A DNA stretch of 64,000 nt, from NCBI GenBank assembly GCA_973895155.1, contig OZ316897.1:18448457-18512456 (forward strand). Direction: 5' to 3'. Of this stretch, positions 14,034-25,583 are shown in pieces. A program made the translations under genes and the position numbers. The notes below the pieces were generated by a model. That model searched no databases and was not told where the DNA came from. It saw only the letters and a list, made by a program, of their open reading frames with translations. Position 1 is the first letter of the stretch, and every line of letters starts with the position of its first letter. Source of the stretch: Marsupella aquatica. Taxonomy: Eukaryota; Plantae; Marchantiophyta.

Positions 14034-14170
14034 TAAGCATAGGATAATGCCGGTCTGGGCAAGGGATTACTAGGTTGTGGCAAGATATTTAAGGACAGCT
14101 GACTCGCAATAGCCGGGAAGCTTTTATGAGCATTATGGGAACTAGCCCCGACTACCCGTTCTTTGAACGT

Positions 14171-14265
14171 GAATAGTGGAGGGACAATAAAAGAATTATC
14201 AAAATATATTCTCTATTGAATAGCAAAGAGGACAATAAAAAAATTATCAAAATATATTCTTTATT
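14171..14265. repeat. Direct duplication, 47/48-bp unit x2
   Basis: GAATAG....GGACAATAAAA.AATTATCAAAATATATTCT.TATT occurs at 14171 and 14218. Confidence 0.75.
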
Positions 14266-15799
14266 CATATTCTTTGAAGGGTAATGACATGATAAAAAAT
14301 TCATCATTTTAATAGTCATATATAATATATCATTCTCCTTTATGTGCACATCAGTCTTTTTGTATCCACATCCATCTTCTATGCACATATGTTGTGGTGG
14401 GGCCATAGTGCCTATATTTTTTGAATATAAATACTTAAAAATTATCACAAAAAACTGACATGTCCATACATCATAGTCATGTCATAAGTGTCTCCCATGC
14501 AAATGATGGCCATAGACTTACGGTCTAGAGGCTTCACTCTAGACCTAGCCTCTTAAAAGTAGACTTCACTTGGCGCTTTTATAGTAAGATGCGGCTCAGA
14601 CCAGAACCCCAGCCGGACCGTGTTTATATTGTATAAATGTGACAACAAAACACAAGTTTCCGGACAATAGATTGTGGACCAGTAACCTCCATTCCGTACC
14701 ACAATGATGGTATTTAAATGCAGGTCCCCAGGAGGACACCCCGAGCCTGCACTTATCCACCGTATACATTGACATGCATGAGATATCAGCTAAGCACTTA
14801 TCCATATGTGCATGCTACACTATCTAATTCAATGCATGTGAAATTGCTTATGCACTTCCTCATATGCACTGTCAGGTCATACACATTGGACTCCTCATAT
14901 AGCATGTTCGTTCTAAGACACAGCTATTTTAACTTATTGACAATAATGTCAATTGTATCCTATGTAAATATCAAATAGCAATTATAGCATAGTATTCAAA
15001 TGCATTAAAACAGGGAATCAAATAAATAAATAGAATAAAAATGCACACCTTTAAAGTGAAGAAACTACCGTACTTTTTAGGTGAAAAACAAATACATAAC
15101 TTATAAGTCAATGTACCTTAGAGGTATAGTATTTTGTGGTTGACAGAAAAGTATGTTAGCTTTATACTCTAGCTTTGTACTCTACTTTTAGGCCCTATTG
15201 AAGGCCCTATTGAAAGATTCACTATTTAGGTGACACCTGTTAGCCTCTAAACCATAAGGGTTGGAAAGTTTTTCACCAATGGACATATAACCTACAGGGC
15301 ATCTCTGGTTTTTGTACTGGGTGCATCCTGGTGAGTCTGACCATCTCGTGCAATAGAGGATGAATGACAGAAAAAAAATCTCATCAAATACATGATAAGC
15401 TATCACAATAAAACATATCAAATCAAATGAAATCATATAATTAAAGGGGTTAGATAATTTGTTAAATTCAAACCAATACAAAGTGAAATGATACACTAGG
15501 CCAGATTTAAAAAGAAAATTCAGAACTCATATTTCTAATAAGACAAAATAAGGTAGAAGGTGTTCGCCATATAGCAATGTCGTAAAGCACATCGGACTCC
15601 TCATAGTGCACAAGAGACTGACTGTATCCATATTCACTTATGCATGGCAAACTCTATATATGCCGCATTCCAAGGTATACATAAGATTCAAAGAGCATGA
15701 TTTTCGGAGTTGAGAGCTAATTATTAGATCTCCTACCTCATGGATTTGTTCCCAGATTTGTCCCGGCCTAGGTAGGACACCTTTACTTTTTGACCATAT

Positions 15800-16014
15800 G
15801 ATATATATTTAAGAGTCAATGAGAATGCTTTGGACTGCTAATAGAAAAGAGGGAGGGGTAAACCCTTGGAGTGGACCTCGGATGTGAGGCAAAATCATCC
15901 TCGCTACTATGGTATTTGTATGCCCTCACTGTTTGTAAAAACTGCACTCATATTGGCTCAAACATTTTGATAGCGCATCTGTGCTCCCCTCTCCCAGCCC
16001 ATGGAGCCCAGCCC
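15800..16014 (-). mobile_element. Inverted, diverged piece of the same Harbinger-type MITE family
   Basis: The reverse complement from 16014 (GGGCTGGGCTCCATGGGCTGGGAGAGGGGAGCACAGATGC...GAGCCAATATGAG...TACAAATA...GATGATTTTGCCTCACA) aligns with 13525-13660 and shares AGCATTCTCATTG with about 13898. It ends in GCCC followed by TTA. Confidence 0.65.
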
Positions 16015-18830
16015 TTATAAAGCCCGGATGGACTAGCAGGTTTGTTGTGAAGCTCGGACTGACTACCAACGCTTGGAAATGGAGCAAATGATCTCAAAAA
16101 ACTTTCAAGCTCAGGAAAATTGATGCTCCCATGGACTGAACCAGTGACACGGCCATGCAACCCCATGGACAGTGACACCTTTATTTACACCTTCACCAGT
16201 GACACCCTTATAAATTCCAAAAGAAATCAGCAGCAAAGTCTGTTCTTCAATATCTCCTTGATAACCAATTTAATCAGCTCTTGTTGGGCTCACTGGAAGA
16301 GGCCTGAAAATCTCTTTTCAACCAGTCTAACATTTCTCTTTGTCAGGTGGGAAGAATGAGGAGACTTATGAATTTCTAAAAATCAGGCCATTGCTCCCTA
16401 TTCACACTTTGTGTTTCCCAAATTTTGAGCAGCTATCTTTTGCATTGAGTATCTCCTTCAGCATACAAAGGGAACTAGTTTTGGGGGGTTTGTTAGAACT
16501 GGCTTGGGAATATCTTCCAGTCTATAATATTGTCAAATTTTGTTGAGAATTGAGAGACCACAAATTTCCAAAATGACTGTTTGGTTTTCTTGCCAGTCAC
16601 CATTTTACTCTTTGGTGTAATCTGTACTCTATGAGCAGAAAGAGGGTTTGCTGAAGTCCATCCTGATGGCAAAAGTTTACCCAAGCATTGTGGCAAACGT
16701 GCAGGTCCATTTCAGCTTCAATTTTGGCAACTTCTCTCCTTTCCCTGGAAATAATAGTTTCTCAAAGAAAATTGTTTAAGTATGAACGTGAACTGTTTGA
16801 TTCTTGAGATTTGACGAGAACCCTTAGATCTCACCTTCTCACCTAGTCTGCATAATGTGGCCAACAATGAGATGTCTGTTTTTTTGTATTGGGTCGCCAT
16901 AGGATTTTTTTTGAAAGACTTAGGAAATGCATTGCATGGAAAAAATGGGTGATGGGTGACTGGCCACTACTAGGGTTAACTTGGGTCTTGGCAAGTGAGG
17001 TCATTCTAGCTTGGGTCAGGACCAGGTGGCAGCTAGGTAGAAGAGACAGTCATTCAACCAAATGAATCAAAGGTGTACAGTAGGTGACAACTTTTACTGA
17101 GTGGACAATAGAAGAGCAAGAATTGACACAAAGTACCTCATATCAATTGGGCCATCAATAACCTAGGGATAGTTCTCCCAATGCAGACCCCCCTGACCTC
17201 TCCGTACCCCTACCAAACTCTCCTCAATGCAAAGTGCTAGACAAACAATAGTGCAGAAATATGTGAGCTCCATACTATAGATTTTGTGAAGTCTTACTTC
17301 TCACAATCTTGTTCACACGGCAAGCTAACTTTGTAAAACATGTAAGACCACCCAACAACCGTCACTCATTCAGGCAAACCATTTTTGTAACCCAACTTTG
17401 AGATCCCTCTATAGGGCATAGTTGACAAGCCTCCATCACAATACTATCATTGCACAAATGTGTAATTTATGATATGACAAAACTCAAGTCTAAGTTCTGA
17501 CCTCCTGTGCAAATTAATTCAGTTCTAATATCATGACTAAAACATACAATTTAGGTTTGGACTTCCTGTGCAACTTAGGTTAGTTACTCTGGATAAACTC
17601 AAGTTATGAACTCTCCTGTATTTGGGGGGAGTGTGGGGATTGAAATGCAATCATTTTACCCACAAGAAAAATGCACTGATCAAGACTACCCCACTTCCAA
17701 TTGGGGGAAAGGCCAGGGAACAACAAATACTGTACTGTAATACTGATACAAAGAGGATTTCAAGTCAAAATAGCTTAGCCTTGTTAATTGAATTCCTATT
17801 AAAATTATGTTGATCCTCCCAAGTAGTTGTGGCCAAGGGAGAGACCACAAGCCAGCCCACTATGGAGGAAGAACACTAATAAAACACACTCTTTAATATG
17901 GTACATAAGCCATTCACTGTTAATTGGAGCACTTCCCTAATCTATTGGTCAACTCACTTATTTACATTGCCGGTAGATGACTTTATTTAAACTTTCCCGC
18001 TTTATTATGATGCAGTTCTACTAGAGAGGTCTTCATGTAAATCATACTCAAAAAGCGTCCCAATAGATTTTGATGTTGTTTTGAGTACTCCAATCAGACG
18101 GTAATGCAGACATTTTGAGGAGACATTGTTTCTCCCATCATATCCAATTGACAAACTTTGAGATGACTTGTGTTGGATACTTGTGGGCCCTTCTTTTCTC
18201 CTATTTTGCTCCTTCAGCTTGTCTGAATGGAACCGAGGCCTTTCTTGCAGCTGCCTCCTTGAAATTGAGCTGAATTGCCCATAAATGTTTCCAGGTAGTC
18301 TCAAGCTCTTGTGTGAAGTGGAATTTCTCAAGCTAACAGTTTGATAGCATTTCTGAAGCCTTTCATGATTGGAAGTAGAGATTACTTCAAGTTTAGCCTT
18401 CTTTAGACTAGATGGCTGTGTTGGTAAAGTACGCTGTTCATGAAACCCATATCTACTTTTGCGTCCATTCCAAAACTCAAGCTTGTGAGGATTCATGCTT
18501 TTTCGAAAGGCGGTAGCATTCTTCCGTGGAAATTGCAAACATAAATCATGCCTCCTACTGAGATTTGTTCCCCATTCTTGATTGAGTTCTGGTTGATGTG
18601 TGAATCCAAAAGTGTCACTGCTTTCTTTTCTTCGATTAGTTTTGTTACTTTAGGGTACAAAGTTTATGATCATTGTAAGTATGTCTCAAATTTGAATTGT
18701 TTAGTTTTATCTCGAAGTATCTAAGTCTTTCAAGTATACAACAACTAAATCCCTCAAAACATCTCAGCCAAAAGTGTTGAGGCACTTCCTAGATCTATTT
18801 CAATCAATACCACTGTCCAAGGATGTGGCT

Positions 18831-19007
18831 GTACCTAGCAACCTATCATCCACTAACCAACAATGAAACCTTGAAATTTCACTTATGAAGTACCTAGCAA
18901 CCTATCGTCCACTAACCAACAATGAAACCTTGAAATTTCACTAATGAAGTACGTAGCAACCTATCATCCACTAATCAACAATGAAACCTTGAAATTTCAC
19001 TAATGAA
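18831..19007. repeat. Tandem repeat, 59 bp x3
   Basis: GTACCTAGCAACCTATCATCCACTAACCAACAATGAAACCTTGAAATTTCACTWATGAA starts at 18831, 18890 and 18949, with only a few substitutions. Confidence 0.95.
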
Positions 19008-19650
19008 AAGATGACCTTTAAACAATGCATTTGTAATGATTCAACCTTGGAAAGAGTGGACCATTCCACACTAAAAACTAAATAATGTATCATTATATAA
19101 ACATTGTGTCACATATGAGAGAATAATATGCAATGAAAACACAATGAAAATTTAAAATTACAACAACAAATATACCAGGGTAACCCCAACAACTAAATCT
19201 CACTTAATCAATAGCGCAACCATGTCTTGAAGTGTCATCAATGAATCTATATTATTCAAACAATGCACCCATGGATATGTTATAATGAAAATGGAATTGT
19301 TTGATACTGAAATATTCATAATGTATTAATGTGAAAACATTGCACAACATATCTAAGGGTAACATGCAATGAATAGACAATGAAAAACTGATGGAATTCA
19401 TTGAATATGTGATACTGAAAAATTAGTAAATCATTGTCCATATTTTCAGCAATGCTTCTATAATGCTTGTCATCGTCTAAACTGCAATTGGTAAACCATC
19501 AATGTTTCAACACGCATACAACACTCATACAAGTCATCACAATTTTAGACCAATCAATGTCAGTCCATTCAACAATGAACCAATGATGAAACAGGCAGTG
19601 CAGAAAACAATGGTGTTTAAACATTGCAATGAAATCATCATGACACAGTG

Positions 19651-22560
19651 TTGAAAGGGATGGATCCTAAATTCCTGATATATTCAAACTGGAAGATGAA
19701 GTTGGAAATGTTTCTAATTAATTCGACAATATCTTTTTTCAGTAGTTGATGGCATGCTTCCTAATCCAGGGCCTGCTAATCCAATAGCTTTAGCTGAATG
19801 GAAAACAAAAGACACTCATGCAAGAGCTGACCTGATTCTTCATTGTGGGAACAAACAAATTCAGTTGGTTTGTTCCTTAGTTAGCAACTTCAAAAGAGAG
19901 TTGGGATCAACTGAAGGCAACCTACAAGTTGTCTGGTTTGTCGGCTCAAGTCACTATTCATCAGCGACTTTAAACAACTCTCTCTGCTTGAACTTAATTT
20001 AGTACTTGACTTGAACATAGAAGAGTTTCAAGGCCTGGTTGACGAGGCTGCAGTTGCTGGTCTTACAATTCCTGACCACCAGTTAATCATTTCACTTTTG
20101 GGAGCATAATTTGAGTCGTGGAGGTCATTCATCTTCATTCAATCAAATCAAACCGGTCTTACTTTCTCTGTACTTCAAGATTACTAAAATTCTTCAAGAA
20201 AATACAATGCGAACTCATCATGTTTCCAAGGGTAATTCTGAATCTAGGACCAATGGTGCATTGATTGCTATGGAAAAGACAGAGGTAAACCCAAATTCAA
20301 GGGTAATTTACATCCCAGTTCTTCAAATGATGGCAAATACAAAGAGTTTACATGCCATTATTGTTTAAAGAAAGGTCATATTGTTCTAGATTGTTGCAGT
20401 AGAGCTGCTGGTGTTTTTTGATAGCAAAGCCACCATCAACTCAATTCACTGATAAATAGTACTCCAAATGTGCAATTGTTTACCACTACCACATTGTCAA
20501 CAGTTCCCAGTCCCTATGATTTTGGTAACACATGGTTTTTAATTGGAATCCAGGACCATTTGACATATAACTCCACATATATAGACAATATATGGTTTCA
20601 CCAAATGATAATGAATTCAAACATTGCCTCACCCTCTTGTGGTTTCCATGGCCGACATTCTGAACAATTGGCCGTTGGTGTTGGGTCTGTTCATGTTAAG
20701 CTCAATCTGTTCATGTTAAGCTCAATTCCGGGTCCGCTACCACAATTTCTAATGTGTCACATGTACCCAAGATAAAGAAAAATTTGTTGTCGGTTTCAGA
20801 AGCCACCAGGAGCACTCTAGTCATGGCAACATTGAATTTTTCCCTGGACATTGCCTGTTAAAAGGACGTGATCATATTGGCTCGATCTACTATTCAAATT
20901 AAATGTTGTCAAGTTGGTAGCCTTTACCCTTTGGGTGTTTGGCTATCTCAATCTTCTAAACATTTGCAAAGTAAATAATGCTCTTACAATCACACCTAGG
21001 ATCACGCCATTTCTAAAGATTGATGCTCTTTGCTGGCATCATCGACTTGGCCATTTGCACTTTCTTGCAATTAAATTCATGCAAACAAACAACACAGTTA
21101 CTGGAATTGCAAGTTCCAAGTTTTGACAACATCCCTCTTTGTGACAGAGTGATGTATTTATGGAAAAAGCAGAATTTGCACCAACCTCTATGGTCCTATG
21201 CATGTGCCTTCCTTGGGAGGATCAAGGTACCTCTTAACTTTCATTGACGGTCACTCACGGTATACATATGTTAACTTTTCAAACAAAAATTTGAAGTATT
21301 TTTCAGATATGTAGGGTGTTAGTTGAAAATCAACTTTGATGAGCATAGACGACAATCGCAACGACAAGCACATGACACATCCAACGCGCAAGAAGTCGAC
21401 ACAAGAGATACGTGGTTCACCTCCTTGAGGCTACATCCACGAGAACACACAATAGAGCTTTACTGAACTCTAAGCCCGTCGGTCATACCAAGTCTCCACA
21501 GTGTAAACTCTCATCATCTCTCAAGTGGCTCTGTAACAATGAGCCTTAGTTCCACTTATCCAAGCAAGCATCGTTTGGCATATAATGTGCATCCTAGTTA
21601 GCCTAACCACGTCTCCGACTACCATTAGCCTAGAACTATGGTTACATGTCATAACCCTAGACCTTGAGTAAATACCTAACAAACTTGGTCTTTCTATAGA
21701 AGTACTTCAGGGAGACAATGCGGGAGACAATGCTGGAGAGAACTATATCTCTCAAGAGTTCACTATTTTCTGTCAAGAACATGGCATAGCATGCCATCTT
21801 ATCATACCTGGGACCCCAGAGCAAAATGGAGTTGTAGAGCGCAAAAAACAGACCTTGGTTAACTCAGCTCGCACCATGATTCAGGTTGCTCACCTTCCAA
21901 ACTCTTTTTGGGCAGAAGCTATAGCTAGTACTACATGTTATCTTCGATCAAAATCATAGCTTCACTTCGGCCTTGGCGAATAATGTCACTCCCTATAAGT
22001 TATGGACTGGTGGTACCAAACCAGATTTCAAGCATCTCAGGATCTTAATTTGGGTGTCCCGCTTATCAACATGTTTCAAAAGAAAAGAAGCAAGAGCTGG
22101 ATGCTAAAACCAATGATTGCATCTTTATATATTGGTTATGGAGGGGATATGGGTATTAAGGGCTATTGTCTATATGACACAATTACACGACAGTTCATTT
22201 TTAGCCGTAATGTGGTTTTCGATGAGGACATGAAGATTGTGCCCTCATATTTGACTCTACTAGTGTTGACAACCTCGTTGATCACACTGATGAATTCTTA
22301 GGGGGATTATCATCATTCAACAACTACACCACCAGCTCAACCTGAAGTTCAGCCCCTGGTTCAACCTACTGTTATCCTTTAAATTTCCACTTCCAGGACC
22401 AATTGTGTTACAAGGGCCTATCACTCCTGATCCACAAATTCCATCAGATTTGTCAAATCATTGTTCGGACTCATTGTCAAATGATACTGACCATTCACTC
22501 GACAATATTCTTAAATCCTTTCCTCAAGATCCTTTTGATCTTGATATCTTGGAATGGTGA
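19651..22560 (+). mobile_element. Degenerate, truncated Ty1/copia LTR retrotransposon (gag-protease-integrase; no RT/RNase H, no own LTRs seen)
   Basis: Motifs occur in copia order. Gag: LKG..YSNWKMKLEMFL and EWKTKDTHARADLILH. Zinc knuckle: CHYCLKKGHIVLDC (20353-20394). Pre-integrase: WHHRLGH. Integrase: GGSRYLLTFIDGHSR, GDNAGE, PGTPEQNGVVERK, FWAEA. C-terminal: IGYGGDMGIKGYCLYD...FSRNVVFDED. Many stops and frameshifts. Confidence 0.92.
21337..21681 (-). mobile_element. Solo LTR (345 bp) inserted in the copia integrase
   Basis: It begins TG and ends CA, with a perfect 5-bp TSD AACTT (21332-21336 and 21682-21686). Removing it restores the integrase frame ENQL-GLSIEVLQGDNAGE. The minus-strand CGTGGATGTAGCC...GAACCACGTATC resembles copia U5 sequence, so orientation is inferred. 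Confidence 0.92.
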
Positions 22561-24644
22561 TAGTCCAATTCTAATGTAATCCAAGTGAGAAATAAATGTC
22601 AAAGTGAAAAAAAAACATGTCAAGGTAAGGACAAAATATGTCAAAGAGAGAAAAGCCGCTGAGATGAGAAAAGGATGTCAAGATGAGACAAAGACGTCAA
22701 CTAAGGTGAAAGAAGATGTCATGGGAGGCAAGGCTGATAAAGATAAAATATTTAAGATGCTAGTGTGTTGCATGATTGTTGCTGGGAGCATGTTTTTTTG
22801 ACGGCCATGAAGTCAATGTAAACATGTTGTTGTTGCCAAACTGATGGGGGTGACCACAAAACAGGCTATAGCGATGGGGGCAGGTGCGGTTGCAGGGTGA
22901 GTGGATGGAGACTTTTTTCCCCAGCCTCCTGCGTGGCCTCCTGTCCTGTCTTTTCCCATCCTTTCCCGTACTGTCCCCTCCCTCTCCTTTCTCTCCTCCG
23001 TCTCGCGCTCACCCTCCCTCGTGTTATCATTGCAAAAAGTGTGTCACTCATTGAGAAACTGTTGCCACTGTAGAAATCCATGCAATCAAACAATGAAGAA
23101 GTCAACAAAGAAATAGGGGATGGAAGACACAAAAGGGTAGTCAGAGAGTCCGAGAGAGAGTCAGAGTTAGAGAAAGGGTTAGGCAAGCCTTAAGGTGAGA
23201 GCTAGGGCGGGACTAATATAGACATACACATGGCAAGTAGAGTGTTGGGTAACAAAGAAATCAAGCAAGCCCCCTAATGGCTTCTCTCTCCCATTGGTCC
23301 GATAATCTTCTCCCCCTAGTTTGAGGAATCCCAGGGAGGAATCCAGTGCCCGATCCAATGGTTACCAAGAATGTCACATAAATTAGATGACCTTTATTTT
23401 ATCACATCCTTTTTTTCTGTCTTTTTCCTTCCTCCTGGATTTTTCCTTCCCCGACCGCCCCCCCCCCCCCGCACGGCATGACTTGGAGAGGGCTTGCAGT
23501 GCTAGAAAGGCCCATGGAGTAGTTGGGTGCCAAGAGTTGAGGAGTCAGGGTGGGCAGAAGGAGAGTGGAAGGGTGGAAGAAAGGCGGAACATATGTAAGG
23601 TGCGGTCAGATGGCCATGGAGTGAGTTGTGGATGGAGGCATGGGCAGTTGGATTTTGCCTTACATCTGGCTAGTGTGGAAAGGACCACAAATGGAAGGCA
23701 AGAGGGGTAATAAAAGGACATGAAAGGAATTTGGAAGCAAAATTTAATAGGATAATTAATTAATTGAGAGGTGGATCCAATCCTGATGCGAGATTGGCAA
23801 GTCTCAAGGGGGGCCACGTAAATAATTGTCTTGCACCCCCATACATGCCACCACCAACCCAACAGCACTAACACCTTCTCACACACCTTAATTGACTTTC
23901 CTATTTAAAAAAACTTTGCCCCTCCCTTCCCCCCAAGAAAAAAGAACCACACCACGCAGCAACTTACCAACAAAAATCAACATGGTCTCTTGAATAATAA
24001 ACATATAATAACAAACTCCCAAAAGGTATCTCCAAATCTCCCCCCAAAAAATAAAGATGGAAAGAAATAAAAACCTTCTAAAAAAGAGAAAACTGTCAAC
24101 AAATGAAGAACTATTTCTTGGTATTCCTTCCCTCTCCTTGGGGTTCTCCCAAAAATGTTGAGTGTAAGTTGTACCTTGTACCTCTAGACATGTACTCATG
24201 TATATATATTAAATTGTATGTAGATATCATAGATTAGTTATTCATGTATCTATACACATTTATAGGTTGTATCAACTTTAGATAATCTCACCGTTCTCAA
24301 AAGTGACAGAATAAATCTAAAGGTGGACACGATGTCTTCTTTTGACGGGATTCTATATTATAGATGTAGATTAATCACATATTAATATATGATGATCAAA
24401 ATATTTAAAAATTCATTTGTGTAGATCCTTGAAAATCACATTTTCTGGTTGTCTTAGTACTCATGTGATTTAATACACAATGTAATTGAATTTTAAAAAA
24501 TTGGAAAAATTGGAAAAAATCAGAATATAGATAGAAAATAAAATAGTTTATTTAATAAATAAAAAATATAGAAAATAAAATAAAATAAAAACATTTTCAC
24601 TCCTATTGTGTGACCACACTTGGACCTCACAACATAGTGGTCAT

Positions 24645-24875
24645 TGGCACCTCAGGGGGCTCACTCCAACGAAGGTCCCATATCATTCGCACACTTTTTT
24701 GAGTAATAAAACCCTAAAACATAAGAAAATTAAAACAGTTTTTACAAAAAATTTTAACCCCAAAATTTATAGAATGTCCTCAAATTTCTTATTAAAAATC
24801 CATAGAATTCTATAATGCTCAAAATTGGATTAAACACCCCTAATGTTCTTCAACAAAACTTTCAAATTCTTCTGC
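24645..24875 (+). repeat. Dispersed repeat, inverted homologue of 34430-34665
   Basis: Colinear shared blocks: TGG(C/A)ACCTC(A/G)GGGG..CTCACT, CCCTAAAA..TAAGAA, AATTTTAACCCC, CTCAAAATT...CCCTA(A/T)TGTTCTTC(A/T)ACAAAA. Confidence 0.6.
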
Positions 24876-25583
24876 GCACCCAATCAGATTAAAAAACCCT
24901 TAGAATTAACTTATTTGCTTGTGATGGATTGGAATAGAAGAAATGAGGACCCTGGGATTGTCACCCATCTTGCGTCCCGTGCTCTTACCTTGCCCTCTCC
25001 GACAACAATATTTTCACAACAATAACAATGATTCAACCAAAATGACAAGACTTGCACACAAGTGAACTCCTGAGTGAACTGTGATAAACAATATTCTGGA
25101 ACAAAACTTTCAAATTCTTCTGCTCAATCAGATTAAAAAAACCCTAATTAACTTATTTGCTTGTGATGGGTTGTCTTGGAATAGAAGTTCTAAATGACGA
25201 CCCTAGGATTGTCATGCATCTTGCATCCTGTGCTCTTACCTTGCCCTCTCGGACAACAACATTTTCACAACAATAACAATGATTCAACCAAAATGACAAG
25301 ACTTTGCACACAAGGGAACTGTGATAAAACAATGTTCTGGAACAAAACTTTCAAATTCTTCTGCCCAATCAGATTAAAAAAACCCTAAATAACTTATTTG
25401 CTTGTGATGGATTGTCTTGGAATAGAAGAAATGAGGACCCTGGGATTGTCACCCATCTTGTATCCCCTTGTTTTACCTTGTCTTACCTTGCCCTTTCCGA
25501 CAACAACACTTTCCCAACAATAACAATGACTCAACCCAAATGACAAGGGTTTGCACACAACTAATATGATAAACAATATTCTG
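24842..25583. repeat. Tandem array, about 245-bp unit x3
   Basis: The unit AAT(G/A)TTCT..AACAAAACTTTCAAATTCTTCTGC...AATCAGATTAAAAAA...AACTTATTTGCTTGTGATGG...GACCCT(G/A)GGATTGTCA...CAACAATAACAATGA...AAATGACAAG starts at about 24842, 25090 and 25331. Confidence 0.92.

Noticed and set aside
15224-15236. ATTTAGGTGACAC, matching the start of the SP6 promoter (vector contamination?)
   Set aside because: Only 13 of 18 nt match and there is no flanking vector sequence, so this is a chance match.
18005-18538. 177-aa minus-strand ORF
   Set aside because: TTG start, CpG-depleted TE context and no domain recognised; more likely a shadow of a decayed transposon ORF.
18831-25583. 59-bp and 245-bp arrays as CRISPR-like
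   Set aside because: The units are contiguous with no unique spacers, there are no cas genes, and the context is eukaryotic.
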